Positions 11,469-24,280 are shown, counted from the first letter of the stretch. The stretch is 64,000 nucleotides of DNA from Eledone cirrhosa (GCA_964016885.1 OZ024746.1:2666001-2730000), one strand, 5' to 3'. A program made the numbers and translations. The notes: generated by a model from the sequence alone, not told the origin.

Positions 11469-14400
11469 CATGGTGAAATGTAGCTTCTCTACTATAATGA
11501 ATGCAACTGACCAGGTCCAAAGTGCAGTAAACATGACTCAGCTAAGAGAACAATAACTCTGATATAGGATTAAAGGAAGATCTTTAGTTTTGCTGCAGAA
11601 CACATTTCTAGTGCTAGTGGCATGATTAGATATATCCAATCCATGCTGTAGAATTGATGGGAATGGCATCTAGCTGTATACACCATGTTTTCAAAGGCAG
11701 GAAGAAATGGAGTTAATGTGAACTCCACAAGCTGCAGTGCTTGCAACTCATCCCAGAGAATAGTAACTCTGAATAAAAACTGAAGCAAGATAGAGAGGAA
11801 CGTTTTAAGCATGCTGCATCAACCACTCTAATACTGGTGACACAAAGAAATACCATGATGTAAAGTGGTTTGTAATAAAGGCATCCAGCCATTAAAACGA
11901 TGACAAAAACATATCTTTTGCAGCATGGTGATATTTTCTGCTGTAGTATGACCTAGATAATAAAGTAAGAATAGAAGTCAGTGAGTTTGTAGAGAATGGT
12001 AGTGAAGGTGCAGTGGCAGTTGTCAATAGAGATATTGAGAAAGTGGACAGAAGAGATGGAGAAAGGAAATAAATATGCAGGATGAAAAGAGCAGATAAAC
12101 GATAGGAAAAAGTTAAGTTGTTCATGAAAGACATGATACAATTATCTATGTAGCTATTATATAGATTTGAGAAAGGTTCAGTGTATTGGGGGAAGACTTG
12201 GGCTTCAATGTAGCTGATTAACATGTCTAGTTGGGTCCCATTCTGTTCCCTGTGGTTCCCTAGTAACCTGTTGATCAACATGTCTAGTTGGGTCCCATTC
12301 TGTTCCCTGTGGTTCCCTAGTAACCTGTTGATCAACATGTCTAGTTGGGTCCCATTCTGTTCCCTATGGTTCCCTAGTAACCTGTTGATCAACATGTCTA
12401 GTTGGGCCCCATTCTGTTCCCTGTGGTTCCCTAGTAACCTGTTGATCAACGTGTCTAGTGTTGGGTCCCATTCTGTTCCCTGTGGGTCCCTAGTAACCTG
12501 TTGATCAACATGTCTAGTTGGGTCCCATTCTGTTCCCTGTGGTTCCCTAGTAACTTGTTGATCAACGTGTCTAGTGTTGGGTCCCATTCTGTTCCCTGTG
12601 GTTCCCTAGTAACCTGTTGATCAACATGTCTAGTTGGGTCCCATTCTGTTCCCTGTGGTTCCCTAGTAACCTGTTGATCAACATGTCTAGTTGGGTCCCA
12701 TTCTGTTCCCTATGGTTCCCTAGTAACCTGTTGATCAACATGTCTAGTTGGGTCCCATTCTGTTCCCTGTGGTTCCCTAGTAACCTGTTGATCAACATGT
12801 CTAGTTGGGTCCCATTCTGTTCCCTATGGTTCCCTAGTAACCTGTTGATCAACATGTCTAGTTGGGTCCCATTCTGTTTCCTGTGGTTCCCTAGTAACCT
12901 GCTGGTAGATCTCTGAAAAAACAAACTATATATATAAAATAGATGTAAAATGATTTAAGCTATAATTATGTAGGTGTGTGTCTGTATATATATATATATG
13001 TATATTGTTGGTTTAAAATGGCATTGGGAAAATTTGAAATGCAGTCATACCAACACAGTCAATTACTATAATTAAGAGTACCCCTGGAGACTGGGGAAAA
13101 TCAGACAGGGGTACCTGCAAGAAATCTCCCAGATGTTGGGTAAGTGTTTTAACCATTACACTAAGGGGTCTCTGACCACCAATTACCCAATGTTTCTTAA
13201 ATTAACTGGATATTTACACTTCTAGCTACAGGCCAATCTTTGAAAAGATGGTAATCAGTGACCAGGACCCTTAGCGTAATGGTTAAAGCACTCACCTGGC
13301 ATCTGTGAGATGCAGGGTTCAATTAGTTACAGGTGTCTCTGTCCCTCTGTCCATTTTTTAAATCTCCATGTTTACTTTATCTGATTTTTCTAAACTATTT
13401 ATAGTGATTGACTTAGTATAATCATTTGTGTTGGAACGATTGCATTTCACACACACACATACACGTGTGTATATGTGTGTGTGACACACATATACACTAT
13501 CTCTCTCTCTAAAAATAGGTTATCTATACATTTTGTTTTTCATTCTTTTCTCCTGATAGTTTAATAATAAATTATTTTCTCCAGAACCCTTTATTGGTTA
13601 TGCTATGCATGATTCAGAATGATTCTTTCAACTTTGAATTAAAAACAAAACAAAAAACAGCAAAACAGTGAAACCATTCTGAATATGACACCCAACTACT
13701 TCTCTACTCTCTAAACTTCAGCTGTCAAGTGTACAGCATTGGTTGGTGGTGGAGGAGGTGTAGGTGTGGTCAGCTCTCATTCAATGACATTTGAAATATA
13801 TAATCTCCAGGATTTTGACAACCTGCTACCTGTCTGAATAAACAGAACTGATAAAAAGTCTTCAACACTTGTTTGTTGCATGTTTCTGGCTTGTGGCAAT
13901 TTCAAGAAATGGATGACATTTCTTTAAAAAAATTTGCATAAAGCAAGAGAGTTTTATATAAATGAGATTTTAGCAGCAATCTTTATGCGAGGAATCTCTG
14001 ACAGATACTTCCTCTTAGGAAGTCTGCGGTGACATCTCTGAATAACAGTGTACAATGTGAAGCATCTCTTATAATAGGGTGGTGGGAAGGTGTTGATCAC
14101 CCGTCCACCACTTCTCTTACCCCATACTCTCGTGGTAGTTGGGTAATTGCTGTCCACATTACTCTCATCACTGAAGGAAGTTGACAACTAAAATCTCCCC
14201 AAAAGTTTTTTTTATAGTTTTTCAGTAATCAGTTGAATCTCATAAATTTTATTGAAATTGTTCTCCATTGAAGATGGCAGATGAAATGTGTCTGTGTGGG
14301 CTTTGTTTGTTTGGGTATGTGTGTGTGTTGTTTATTTTTTAATGTGGGTAATTGGTTAAAACACACACGCACACCGCACACCGCACACACGCACACCGCA

Positions 14401-14506
14401 CACACGCACACCGCACACCGCACACCGCACACCGCACACCACACGCACACGCACACGAATATTCTTGTTTATGGAACTGTTACTATTTCCAGTCATTAAT
14501 TTAGTA
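11364..14506 (+). repeat. Segmental duplication, copy 2 (includes the 57-bp array 12220-12903 and fold-back element 13035-13449)
   Basis: Matches 1-3143 including minisatellite variant order. Confidence 0.95.
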
Positions 14507-14649
14507 TTGGACATTTCTACCATGAGATTAACATGTGTGTGTATGTGTGTGTGTGTGTATAAATTAATATTGATTTTTAACTAGACACAAGGCCAATTTC
14601 TAACAGGAAAAAGGATATAAGTTAACTGAATTAACCTCAGTAACACTGT

Positions 14650-14915
14650 GGAGGTGTGTGACCTAGTGGTAAGGGTGTTGGACTTATGATTATAATGTCA
14701 TCGGTTCAATTCCTGGGTTGTGTTGTGTGTTGTGATCTTGAGCAAGACACTTCATTTCACATTGTTCCAGTATACTCAGCTGAAAATGAGTACCAGTATT
14801 AACTAGGGGTTTAACCCTGTGATGGACTGGTGCCCTGTCCAGGAGGGAGAGTCTTGTACTCTGTTGCTTCCTTTTATGAAAGCAAGATAAGCACTGGCCT
14901 GAGACAGACTTAGAT
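14650..14915 (+). mobile_element. tRNA-derived SINE, family B
   Basis: Head GGAGGTGTGTGACCTAGTGGTAAGG, B-box GGTTCAATTCC, core CTTGAGCAAGACACTTCATTTCACATTG; copies at 20593, 24009(-), 45778. Confidence 0.85.
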
Positions 14916-15261
14916 TAGAATATTGTGTATTATAGGTGACTTAAAGGGTTGGCATCAGGAAGGGCAATTGGTTGTAAAACAATCTTGTACCATCACATCC
15001 CATATAGAAAAGTGGTTGCAAAGACAATGGAGACAGTATTATTACTTTTGTTTTATTCAATGTTTTTTTTTATCTCACTTAGTCAGGAAGAAGAGTAGTG
15101 CCTATAATCCACTTTGGTTCACCCTCCCCACTAAGAGTGGTGGGAAGGAGTAAAGTATCCTCAAACCAGAGTCCTCAACCAAATGCCTGTAACAGTGCAA
15201 ACTGCATTAAACACAGCTAAGGGACAGGTGGCAGTGTTAAAACTGGTCAACGAATTAAGTA

Positions 15262-15458
15262 CAAGGCTTTGGGTAAAAGAAAATACAGGAGGACCAGTTA
15301 ATTATGATTTTATTCAACATATTCCCCTCTCAAATTCACACACTTATTGCAGAGGTCCTTCAGTTTTTCTAAGCCTTGTGAAAAGAACCCAGAAGGTTGG
15401 GCCTCCAACCAGGCATCTGTAGCAGCAATCAAGCCAGGAACTTTTCAGCACCCCCTCG
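15262..15458 (+). mobile_element. Mariner-type MITE with an internally deleted left TIR
   Basis: Right TIR AAGCCAGGAACTTTTCAGCACCCCCTCG; left end TACAAG|GCTTT lacks the TIR middle; second copy at 3144. Confidence 0.8.
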
Positions 15459-15966
15459 AATACTACCTATGTAGGGCATGGCAACATTTGAATACAGAAT
15501 ACAAAGACCTTGAACAACTAGCATAAAACATCTCTGCCAATACTCTATCAATTCTGTTCCAAACTGGTCCTTTGTTGATTCCCAAAAGATGGATGGCACA
15601 GTTTGACCACAGCTGGAATTGAACTCAGAATGCAAATCTGGAATAACACTGGTGCCAATTCTAAAGACATTTTTTTGCTTATACATATGGGTGGTCAGTA
15701 TTTGATTGGTTTGGCACTCATAAGCATGAAGATTTCTATCTGAAAAAGACTGTGTTGTTATGTATCATTATGTGCATTTGATTTGATTTGCATTTTAGGG
15801 GGGGGGGGGTCGTTTGTGTAACTGATTTCATTGCCCATATAATAATCTTGACCAGCATATATTCAAATAACTTGCAAACAGCAAAATTATGAGGAAGAAA
15901 ACTATATTGTTTTTTTTTTTATTGTTGCTTAGTAACCATTGATAGCCAAGCAAAAGAAAGATGTAT

Positions 15967-16490
15967 TAATCCTTCCATTACTATGTTTCTCAAGAAAGAC
16001 ATTGCAAATGATTTTCAAATAATTTTGTAAATAAAAATTAGAAGGATAAATGTAATCTGAGTTTTTCGAATATTAATAATAATATTTGATTCGTTTGCAA
16101 TTATGCAAACAAGCCTCATTTTTAAAGCCATGTCAGTAGAATGAGCCCTTCATTCTTGCTCTTGTGTTGGAATGTAAACAGAACTGCAGACACTGTTTCT
16201 GGTATTACCCTTCATCAGTACAGCTCACTGTTCACTTGCCAACTGTCAGAGCTAGTGAAAATATATATTTTCAAAAATATACAGCGATTGATCGGCCTGA
16301 TTTGCATATTAGCAGACTGGCTGATCAGATCTTAGTAATATAACTAACTTTCTCAATATTAAGCGGATATTTGGAACATAACAAAAATTGCTACTCAGAA
16401 TTAAGATTTATATAGCTATAAACACTTTAAAATACAATTTAGTATTGTAGGAACAGGGGGCAGTCTCGGGCAGTTTTGTATCATGAATTA
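15967..16490 (+). mobile_element. Decayed piggyBac-type MITE hosting the ribozyme element
   Basis: TTAATCCTTCCATTAC start; AATTTTG.AAATAA and GAACAGGGGGCAGTCTC motifs shared with 20580-21105 and about 48290-48505. Confidence 0.5.
16181..16226 (-). ncRNA. Type I hammerhead ribozyme motif
   Basis: Minus strand: GAGCUGUA-CUGAUGA-AGGGUAAUACCA-GAAA-CAGUG-UC-UGCAGUUC; 8-bp stem I (2 GU pairs), intact core, GUC triplet; stem II weak with an A-A closing mismatch. Confidence 0.75.
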
Positions 16491-17329
16491 ATGTATTTCT
16501 GTTGCATTTCATATTTTTTTTGTATGTGTGTAACTGATTTCATTGTTCATATATTTATCCCGACCAGTATATATTGAAATAACTTGTAACAAGGTGAAAT
16601 TATGAGGAAAGAAAATACATTTCGATGTTGTTTGTTTGTTTTGTAACCGTTGTTAGATTCAGTAGATTTAAGACAACATAGCAGACACTGAAGCAATCAA
16701 TGAAGGAAACAAGCTGAACAAAAACAGAAACACCAATGAGGGCAAATAATGGGAGCAGTGTATGTCTATAAGTAAATGGATCTTCTCAATTTCAATGACA
16801 AGTATTCAATGTATTCTCTAACATGTCAGCCGAGAGACTCAGGGGCTGGGGGTGGAGGGTAAGTTAGGTGGAGGATACTTGTTGCAAACAAAAATGAAAC
16901 TGTGATCAAGACCTGTCATGCTATTTATTTGTCATGCCAAGCTATGGTAGAAGACCAAGCTGAAGGTATCACATAGTCTAACTGAACCAAGGACCACATG
17001 ATTATAAAGTGAACTTCTTGTACATGTAACATACAACCTTTCTGCTATGTCTACCTTCCTAAAAAAAAAAGATGGTCCCATTGATTGTGTCTTGAAAAAA
17101 AAATAGGGTTGTTGCTGTTAGGAGACCTTTGACAATAGATCTACTCAATCAGATCTGACTTAATGGTTACACAACAACTGGTTTTTATTTTATTGACCTT
17201 CATAGAATGAAGATATGTTGAAACCAGTGAAATTTGAACTCAGAAAACAAAGGGACATTTAATATGACCCTCCCCTTAACTAATTCTGCAATCCATTGCT
17301 TTAATGATGATTATAATAATATTAATAAT

Positions 17330-17520
17330 AATTGTTTCTACTTTTGGCACAAGGCCAGCAATTATCTCACTGTATTACTGGTACTTTATTTTATCGACCC
17401 CATAAGGATGAAAGGCAAAGTTAACCTTAGTGGGATTTGAACTCGGATCATAAAGGGCCGTAACTCTATGCTGCAAAGCATGGCGTCCGACCATCTACCG
17501 ATACTGCCAGTCCACCACCT
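17330..17520 (-). mobile_element. tRNA-derived SINE, family A (Nin/Deu-like core)
   Basis: Reverse complement of GAGTTCAAATCCC...GTTAACTTTGCCTTTCATCCTT..GGGGTCGATAAAATAAAGTACCAG. Confidence 0.88.
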
Positions 17521-18352
17521 AGTTTCATCAGTATGAATATTGGGATGGAGTTTGCCATTCAGAAGGGGGGGGGGGGGGGACAACCTGAGAAAGAAGAAAT
17601 ATAAATAACAATTATAGTTGTTTCTGAGTTAGGCCCAATGGCAATAATTTTGGGGGAGGAGGAGAGTCAATTAAATCGACCCAGTACTTGACTGGTATTT
17701 TATTTTATCAACAAAAGAAGGGTGAACAATAAAATTAACCTTGGCAGAACTTGAACTTAGAATATAAAGTGATGGATGAGAAGTCATTAGAGGCAGGATT
17801 TAGAGAAATATTTGGTTGGGGAGGAAAACAACAAATGATAATGGTGATAATGACAATTGTATTTTTCAAAAAGTACTTCTTTTACAAGTCCATTAATATT
17901 GAATATACTAAGATATACATGCATAAATGCATGCACATGCATACATATATATGTACACATGCATACACATGCACATGCATACATATACATGCTTATACTT
18001 TGAACACTCAAATACACAAAGTATACATGCTCACATGTATATACATACTTGCATATACATATATTTACAAATGCTGGCCTATACATACTCACGCATAAAC
18101 AGCTGTATGCACACATAGATATACATAGGCTCACACGCACACACACGTTTACCAAGGTAAATTGTAAAATAAAGATATCCCAAGAATTATTGAAGAGTGT
18201 TAGAGCCCAGTAATTCTATTTCGACAATTCTAAGACCTGACCTATTCAGTAGGGAGGGAGGTTAGCAATTAAAATATATCCTCCTATTCCTGCTATTTTC
18301 ACTTTATTCCATTGTAGCATTCATTGTCGTTGTTGTTATTATTATTATTTTT

Positions 18353-18555
18353 AAGGGCAGTGGATTGGCAATATTGGTAGAGGGTCGGACGCCATGCTTT
18401 GCAACAAAGAGTTCAAATCCTGCCGAGGTTAACTTTGCCTTTCATCTTTACGGGGCCGATTAAATAAAATACCAGTAATTTACTGGGGTCGATTTAATCG
18501 ACTTTCCCCTCCCTCCCAAATTACTGGCCTTGTGCCTATACTAGAAATCATTATT
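18353..18555 (+). mobile_element. SINE family A
   Basis: TGGCAATATTGGTAGAG head, GAGTTCAAATCC B-box, same core, (ATT)n tail. Confidence 0.88.
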
Positions 18556-19194
18556 ATTGTTGTTGCTGTTGTTAAGCTGCTTTTAGTTGTTTTGGGGCTA
18601 CTAGAAAAGTTGTGATCAAAGACATGCCAACCACGACCATCCTGACTGTTTCCTATGCTCAAGGAACCTAGAACTCTATAATCTGATGTCATTTTCTAAA
18701 ATGGTAGGGTGTTATTTAAAGATTTGATTACTATTTCTAGCAGGCTAGCTGATAGAATGAATGTGTAGAGGCTTCCTCATTTTCTTGGTGTTGGTAGTAG
18801 TGATGTCTTTATTTTTTATGGTGGCTGTGTTATAGGTGGTGGGGTTGTTGGTGGTGTTTTTGTATGTTGTTGTTATTGATGGTGGTGATGGCAGTAACAG
18901 TGGTTGGCATCAAGTTAGCTCTGATCAAATACAGATCTTCCCATCTTTCTTTCAGTCTAAGTATATCTAGGACTGCCTCTTCCTATATGTTATTAAATCT
19001 TTTTTTTTTCTTTTTAAGATGGTAGATTGTGATTATGAGGGAGATTCAGTTGCTATTTTCAGCTGGTCGAGCTACTGTGATAGTAGTGAATATTGTTTTT
19101 AATAATTCCATGGATATGTAATAACTTTAGCTGACTCCTGAAATAATCAATACATATGTTATTTTACTTTGTATTATTCATGCACATATGTCCT

Positions 19195-19325
19195 CTCCTT
19201 TCTCTCCTCTCTTTTTCTCCTCTCTTTTTCTCCTCTCTTTTTCTCCTCTTTTTCTCCTCTTTTTCTCCTCTCTTTTTCTCCTCTCTTTTTCTCCTCTCTT
19301 TCTCTTCTCCTACCTCTCCCTCTTT
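19195..19325. repeat. CT-rich short tandem repeat (TTTTTCTCCTCTC-like)
   Basis: Direct reading. Confidence 0.85.
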
Positions 19326-19689
19326 CACTCATCCTTTTATTATATTCCCTTCCATTTCATTCTTCTCCTCCTCCCATCCTATTTATAAATATATGGGAGT
19401 GTTATGTTATGTGGTGGTAGTGTTGTAGTATCTTATCTTGTATGGTCGTGGCGTTAGGTGTTTTCATGTGGTGCTATCATATGCTGTGTAGTGTTGTGTG
19501 ATGTGGTGTTGCATGCTGTGGCTTTGTGTTATGTTATGTAGTGTGCTATGTGTGTTTATGTGCACGAGATACATATGAACATGTTATATACTTTGTATAT
19601 TTTCATACACACGTTTCAGTGTCATATTATGGAAAAGTGTTCTAATGTTATAACAAAGTTATATTAAAACAATATCAATTGGATATACT

Positions 19690-20176
19690 CGAGTAACGTT
19701 ACTCCAAAGACCCTTTTGAGAAACCCCATTTTGGCCACTTTATGATCGTATTCTTTTAGTCATTGCTCCCAATTCATAACCATAGTTAAGGGTTGGCATG
19801 AATACCAAATTGAAGATATTGAGTTTGGCTTTTACACCTACCTCCCTTCTTCTGATTACCGAATGCTGAAGATGGTGCACTACTGCACCAGCTCCTGCAA
19901 TTATTGCACTTAATTCAGGAGAGTGCATAGCTCATAAATTAGAGAGTCGCTTCAGGAAGAGTCGCTATTTCTCCGAATTGAGAGATAGCAGCAGGAGATT
20001 CAGGGGTAGACCCTGAACAAGGTGGTTGGATAACGTCCATCAGCTCGGCTGGTTTCATTTGGGGATTCAGCTGGATCAGTTGGAAATGGTTGCTTTTGAC
20101 AGGACTTGTCGGAAGGAGTATTTGAGGACTCTACCCCCACGACACTCTCAGGAATAAGTGGGCAAAGAAGAATAAT
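19690..20176. mobile_element. 5'-inverted RTE-clade (Rex3/Expander-like) LINE remnant with a 13-bp TSD
   Basis: Minus part encodes ...KAKLNIFNLVFMPTLNYGYE...MGFLKRVFGVTLLE; plus part encodes RVHSS*IRESLQ...GRP*TRWLD...TLPPR; flanks AATTGGATATACT and AATTGTATATACT. Confidence 0.8.
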
Positions 20177-20579
20177 AATTGTATATACTGTTTAAATGAG
20201 TGCATATTACATTTATATATGTATTGTAGATCTAAAGTAAGTATTGAGTAAATAGATATGTCATTGGCCTTTAATACTCGGCAGAGAAGACCATAACTCT
20301 GTCTGGTTCATATGCACATATAGGTTCCATCTCACACATGGTAGACTTACTGAGACTGGTGGGCTGCTGCCTATCTTCCCACAGCCAACAAGATCTGTTG
20401 TCGCTGTGCTGTCAATTCCAATACATGATCTGAAACAACCAATGGAGACTCCATTTGGCAGCTGAATTTTTCAACTCAGCCACTTTTCCCTGATATCTGA
20501 CAGATCAGACATATGCTTACATCTACAGAACCAACAGTAATGCAGGAATGAATCAAATATTTTATATAATATACCTTAA

Positions 20580-21011
20580 CCCTTTCATTAGTGGAGGTGC
20601 ATGGCCTAGTGGTAAGGGTGTTGGACTTACGATCATAATGTCATGGGTTTGATTCCTGGGTTGGCTTGTGTGTTGTTCTTGAGCAAGACACTTCATTTCA
20701 CATTGCTCCAGTATACTCAGCTGACAATGAGTACCAACAATAACTGGGAGTTTAACTCTGTGATGACTGGTGTCCTGTTCAGGGGTCTTGTACTCTCAGT
20801 TGCTTCACAGAACAAGGTTATGCATTGATCTGACGAGCCTCCTAGCTTGAGACAGACTGTAGACTTTAGAGAATTCTTTCATTGTCATATTTTAATGAAA
20901 TGCACCAGCAATGTATTTCAATTAATTTTGAAAATAATAAAAAAAAAGAGGAATTGAGTAAAAAATAACTTTTTTTATTAGTAAGTTGTTTGCCACATTA
21001 CTTAAAAAGTT

Positions 21012-21046
<35 letters not shown>

Positions 21047-21325
21047 TTTAAAACAGGCAGTTTTGTATCATAGAACCAGGGGCAGTTTCAAGTAGGTTGG
21101 TATCAGTAGTAACATTTACATTACTCTATATATATACTATTATATTTTCACGGTAGTCTTTACCTCACATAATTATCTCATATAATATCAAGCCTATGAC
21201 ATTTTCATATTACTTATTTTGAGACCAATACGTTAACATCAGTATGAGTGGCCAGTTACAGCTGGTTTGAACAAAAAGAGATGAAGGAATTCTGGCCGGA
21301 TATGGCCAGTTTAAATGTTAAAGGG
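20580..21325 (+). mobile_element. Composite piggyBac-type MITE (TTAA-CCCTTT...AAAGGG-TTAA) with a nested SINE
   Basis: TTAA at 20576-20579 and 21326-21329; left body matches the 15967 family, right body (21110-21325) matches 41317-41557. Confidence 0.7.
20593..20868 (+). mobile_element. SINE family B nested in the MITE
   Basis: GGAGGTGCATGGCCTAGTGGTAAGG head, family core; CTTTCATT on both flanks. Confidence 0.85.
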
Positions 21326-22987
21326 TTAAAACTGATCAAGTTTCTAATGAAACTTTATAAGAATATCGCAGTCTCTACTTCCTTTTTTTTATTCCCTGAA
21401 ATACTAACTGGAATATTTTCAAGTTCTACACTTAAATTAATTTGTATATTGCTTGTTTGTTAGTTTTTTTAATTGTTTATTATATTTTTTAAAGTTTATA
21501 TTTGAAATAAGCAATATCTTTAAATATGTTTGCTATTATTTTAAAGATAAGTTTTTGCAGCACATGAAGTTTAACTGATATGTCAGTATATCGTCTGTAC
21601 TTGACTTATCTATCAAGTTAATTCTTCACTTGCTTCTGTAAATGCCTCTATTAAATATTAATCCTTTGAGCATACCAGCTGTCATAGAATAATGAGATGG
21701 CCTTTTGTATTTCTGGCTAGAAAAAGAGCATTGAAGCTTGCTGTCTTACCTGTCAACAAATATGATCATTCTTTTGTTATAAGGTGGTTTGCTGTCAGCT
21801 GCATGGCATGACATATTTGGTTAAAGATTTATTCTAGATGGAATTAGTTTCATTCTTTGTTTTTTTTTCTATTAAATCTAGAAAATGTTAAAAAGAAGAA
21901 AGAATTTCTTTTCTACCAGTGCATGATTATGTCCAAGATATTCTTGTCTCTACTTATAAATTTGTGTCCACAACTTTCCAAAGAGATGACAATAAAACAC
22001 CATTGTACCAGCATCACATTGATGCAGTTCACAGAATTAATAGCTGTGTAGCACATTTTCACTGTACTTTAGAAACCTTTTTTTTACCTCTAAAACTCAA
22101 TATCTAAGCAGCACAGTTTTGTCTTGTTTTCTGTCATTTTCTGTATATTCAATATACTCTGATTGCTGTCCTTATGTTGGCATTTTCATAGTTTTTATTT
22201 TTTTAAATTTTATTTTTACTATTTTATTTTCTTTGCAGTTATTTTTGTCCTATTTTCATTATTATATAAAGAATTAGATCCTAATTGAATTTTGCTATTA
22301 CTTGCTGTGCAGTCAGGTGAGGATCATTTTCAAAGGTTAATTTTGTGTTATTCTTTTTACTTCAGCACACAATTGTTGTTATCTGTATTTCTGAAAGATC
22401 AATAGTCTGATATATATCAATAAGGTTGATTGACTTTAGTACATATGATTTGAATTGGAAATCATTTTTTTTTCCCTTCAAATGGAAAAAAAAATGTCAA
22501 CTTTCACCCAGGGAGTTATTTTCAGTATCTGAGACATTATATTCTTCTCTCTCTCTGTGCACATTTGTGTCTGTATATCTCTGTGTCTGTCTGTGAGAGA
22601 GGTTTTTAATTGAATTCTCATCTGCAGTTATCTGGTTTATCCAGCTGTCAATTTTTAGATAAAATTCTAAATTATTCTATTTGTCTATTGGTTAATTGGA
22701 GTTTAGACTAGTGTAAACATTTCCTTTTGACTTTACCCTTTAGTCAAGACTTGACATTGATATGAATAACTTATGTTTCATGAATAATATTTATAGGGAG
22801 AAATGGGGTTGATTAGAGTTGTTAGAGATTCTATTGGGTCTATAAACACAACTAATTAGGTTATTATATATCGTTAATTGCATTGATGAATCATTTCTAT
22901 TTAGATATTTACATATTCCAATTAAGAACACAGAAATTACATTATGGCTTGTATAAGTTACTGACGGTATTATTTTTGTCTCACCTT

Positions 22988-23150
22988 AAGGCAGTAGATT
23001 GACAGAATCGGTAGAGCATCAGACAACTGCTTATTACAAGCATTTTTTTGTGGCTCTTTACTTTCTGAGATCAAATCCTGCTGAGGTTAACTTTGCCTTT
23101 CATCCTTTTAGGGATCAATAAAATAGAGTACCAGTCAAGTACTGGGGTTA
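22988..23150 (+). mobile_element. SINE family A
   Basis: Head plus GGTTAACTTTGCCTTTCATCCTT core. Confidence 0.82.
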
Positions 23151-23292
23151 ATATAATAGATTTTCCAGGACCATTCAAAGTGAAACAAGATAAGGTTTAA
23201 AGTACAGCCTTAGAAATAGTCAAATGGAAGAAACCACATTAATGATATTCAATAAAAAAAATCAAAATGTAGAAAGATTTGCCTAATAATAA

Positions 23293-23481
23293 TAATTGTT
23301 TCTACTTTAGGCACAAGGCCAGCAATTACCCAGTGCATTACTGGTACTTTATTTTATCGATCCCATAAGGATGAAAGGCAAAGTTAACCTCGGCGGGATT
23401 TGAACACACACTGTAAAGGGACGTAACTATACTAGAAAGCATGGCGTCCAACCCTCAACTGATACTGCCAATTCACTGCCC
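23293..23481 (-). mobile_element. SINE family A
   Basis: Full reverse-complement copy. Confidence 0.88.
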
Positions 23482-24008
23482 TTTGCCTAATAATAATAAT
23501 GTGTGCTGGCTGGAAGAAGTACCAAGAGTTTTGGGTGAACTGAGTATTTTAAAAAAAATGAAAAAAAGCAGACTTGAAGGTTAAGATGATCCAGATTAAG
23601 GCTGTACCGTAATCTCATCCACCTGTTGCTGTTTAGAACACACAGGTGTTATGATGGTGAGGATAACTATGATGATGATATTGGTGGTAAGGAATGGTGG
23701 TGATGATGATGAGAGGGAGTGATGAGGATGATGGGAGGTGGGGAGGGGGGCTGTTATGAGAATGTTGGTGGTAATAAGGATGATGGTAGTGGTGATAATA
23801 ATGAGGATGGGAGGAATGGGAAGAGGATTAGAAATTAAGATTGAAATAATTCATAAATACAAAGAAAACATTTGTTAGGATGCTTCTAAGGTTAGATGTA
23901 GTCCCTAACAATGTACAATCAGTGACATTATTGTGTTTATTTCCATTTCGCACTGATTCTCTCTTACTTTCCCTTGTCTCTTTAACTTGTCATTTATTTA
24001 CATCTAAA

Positions 24009-24280
24009 GCCTGTCTCAAGCCAGGAGGCTTTACAGGCTTTGTGTTTATCCCAGTTTTGTGCTATGAAGCAACTGAGAGTACAAAACTTTCCCCTGGACA
24101 GGACGCCAGTACATCACAGGGTTAGCCCCCCAGCTATTACTGGTATTCATTTTCAGCTGAGTATACTGGAGCAACATGATGTGAAGTGTTTTGCTCAAGA
24201 ACACAACCCAACCCAGGAATCAAACCCACGACATTATGATCCTAAATCCAACACCCTTACCACTAGGCCATGTGCCTCCA
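24009..24280 (-). mobile_element. SINE family B
   Basis: Reverse complement of 20593-20868 (CACTAGGCCATGTGCCTCCA end). Confidence 0.85.

Noticed and set aside
20830-20858. CTGACGAGCC...GAGAC hammerhead-like motif in a SINE tail
   Set aside because: GAAA is absent (GAGA), stem II is poor and stem I is missing.
21881-22107. Possible plus-strand terminal exon after a polypyrimidine-AG
   Set aside because: No recognisable protein similarity in any frame and no supporting upstream exon.
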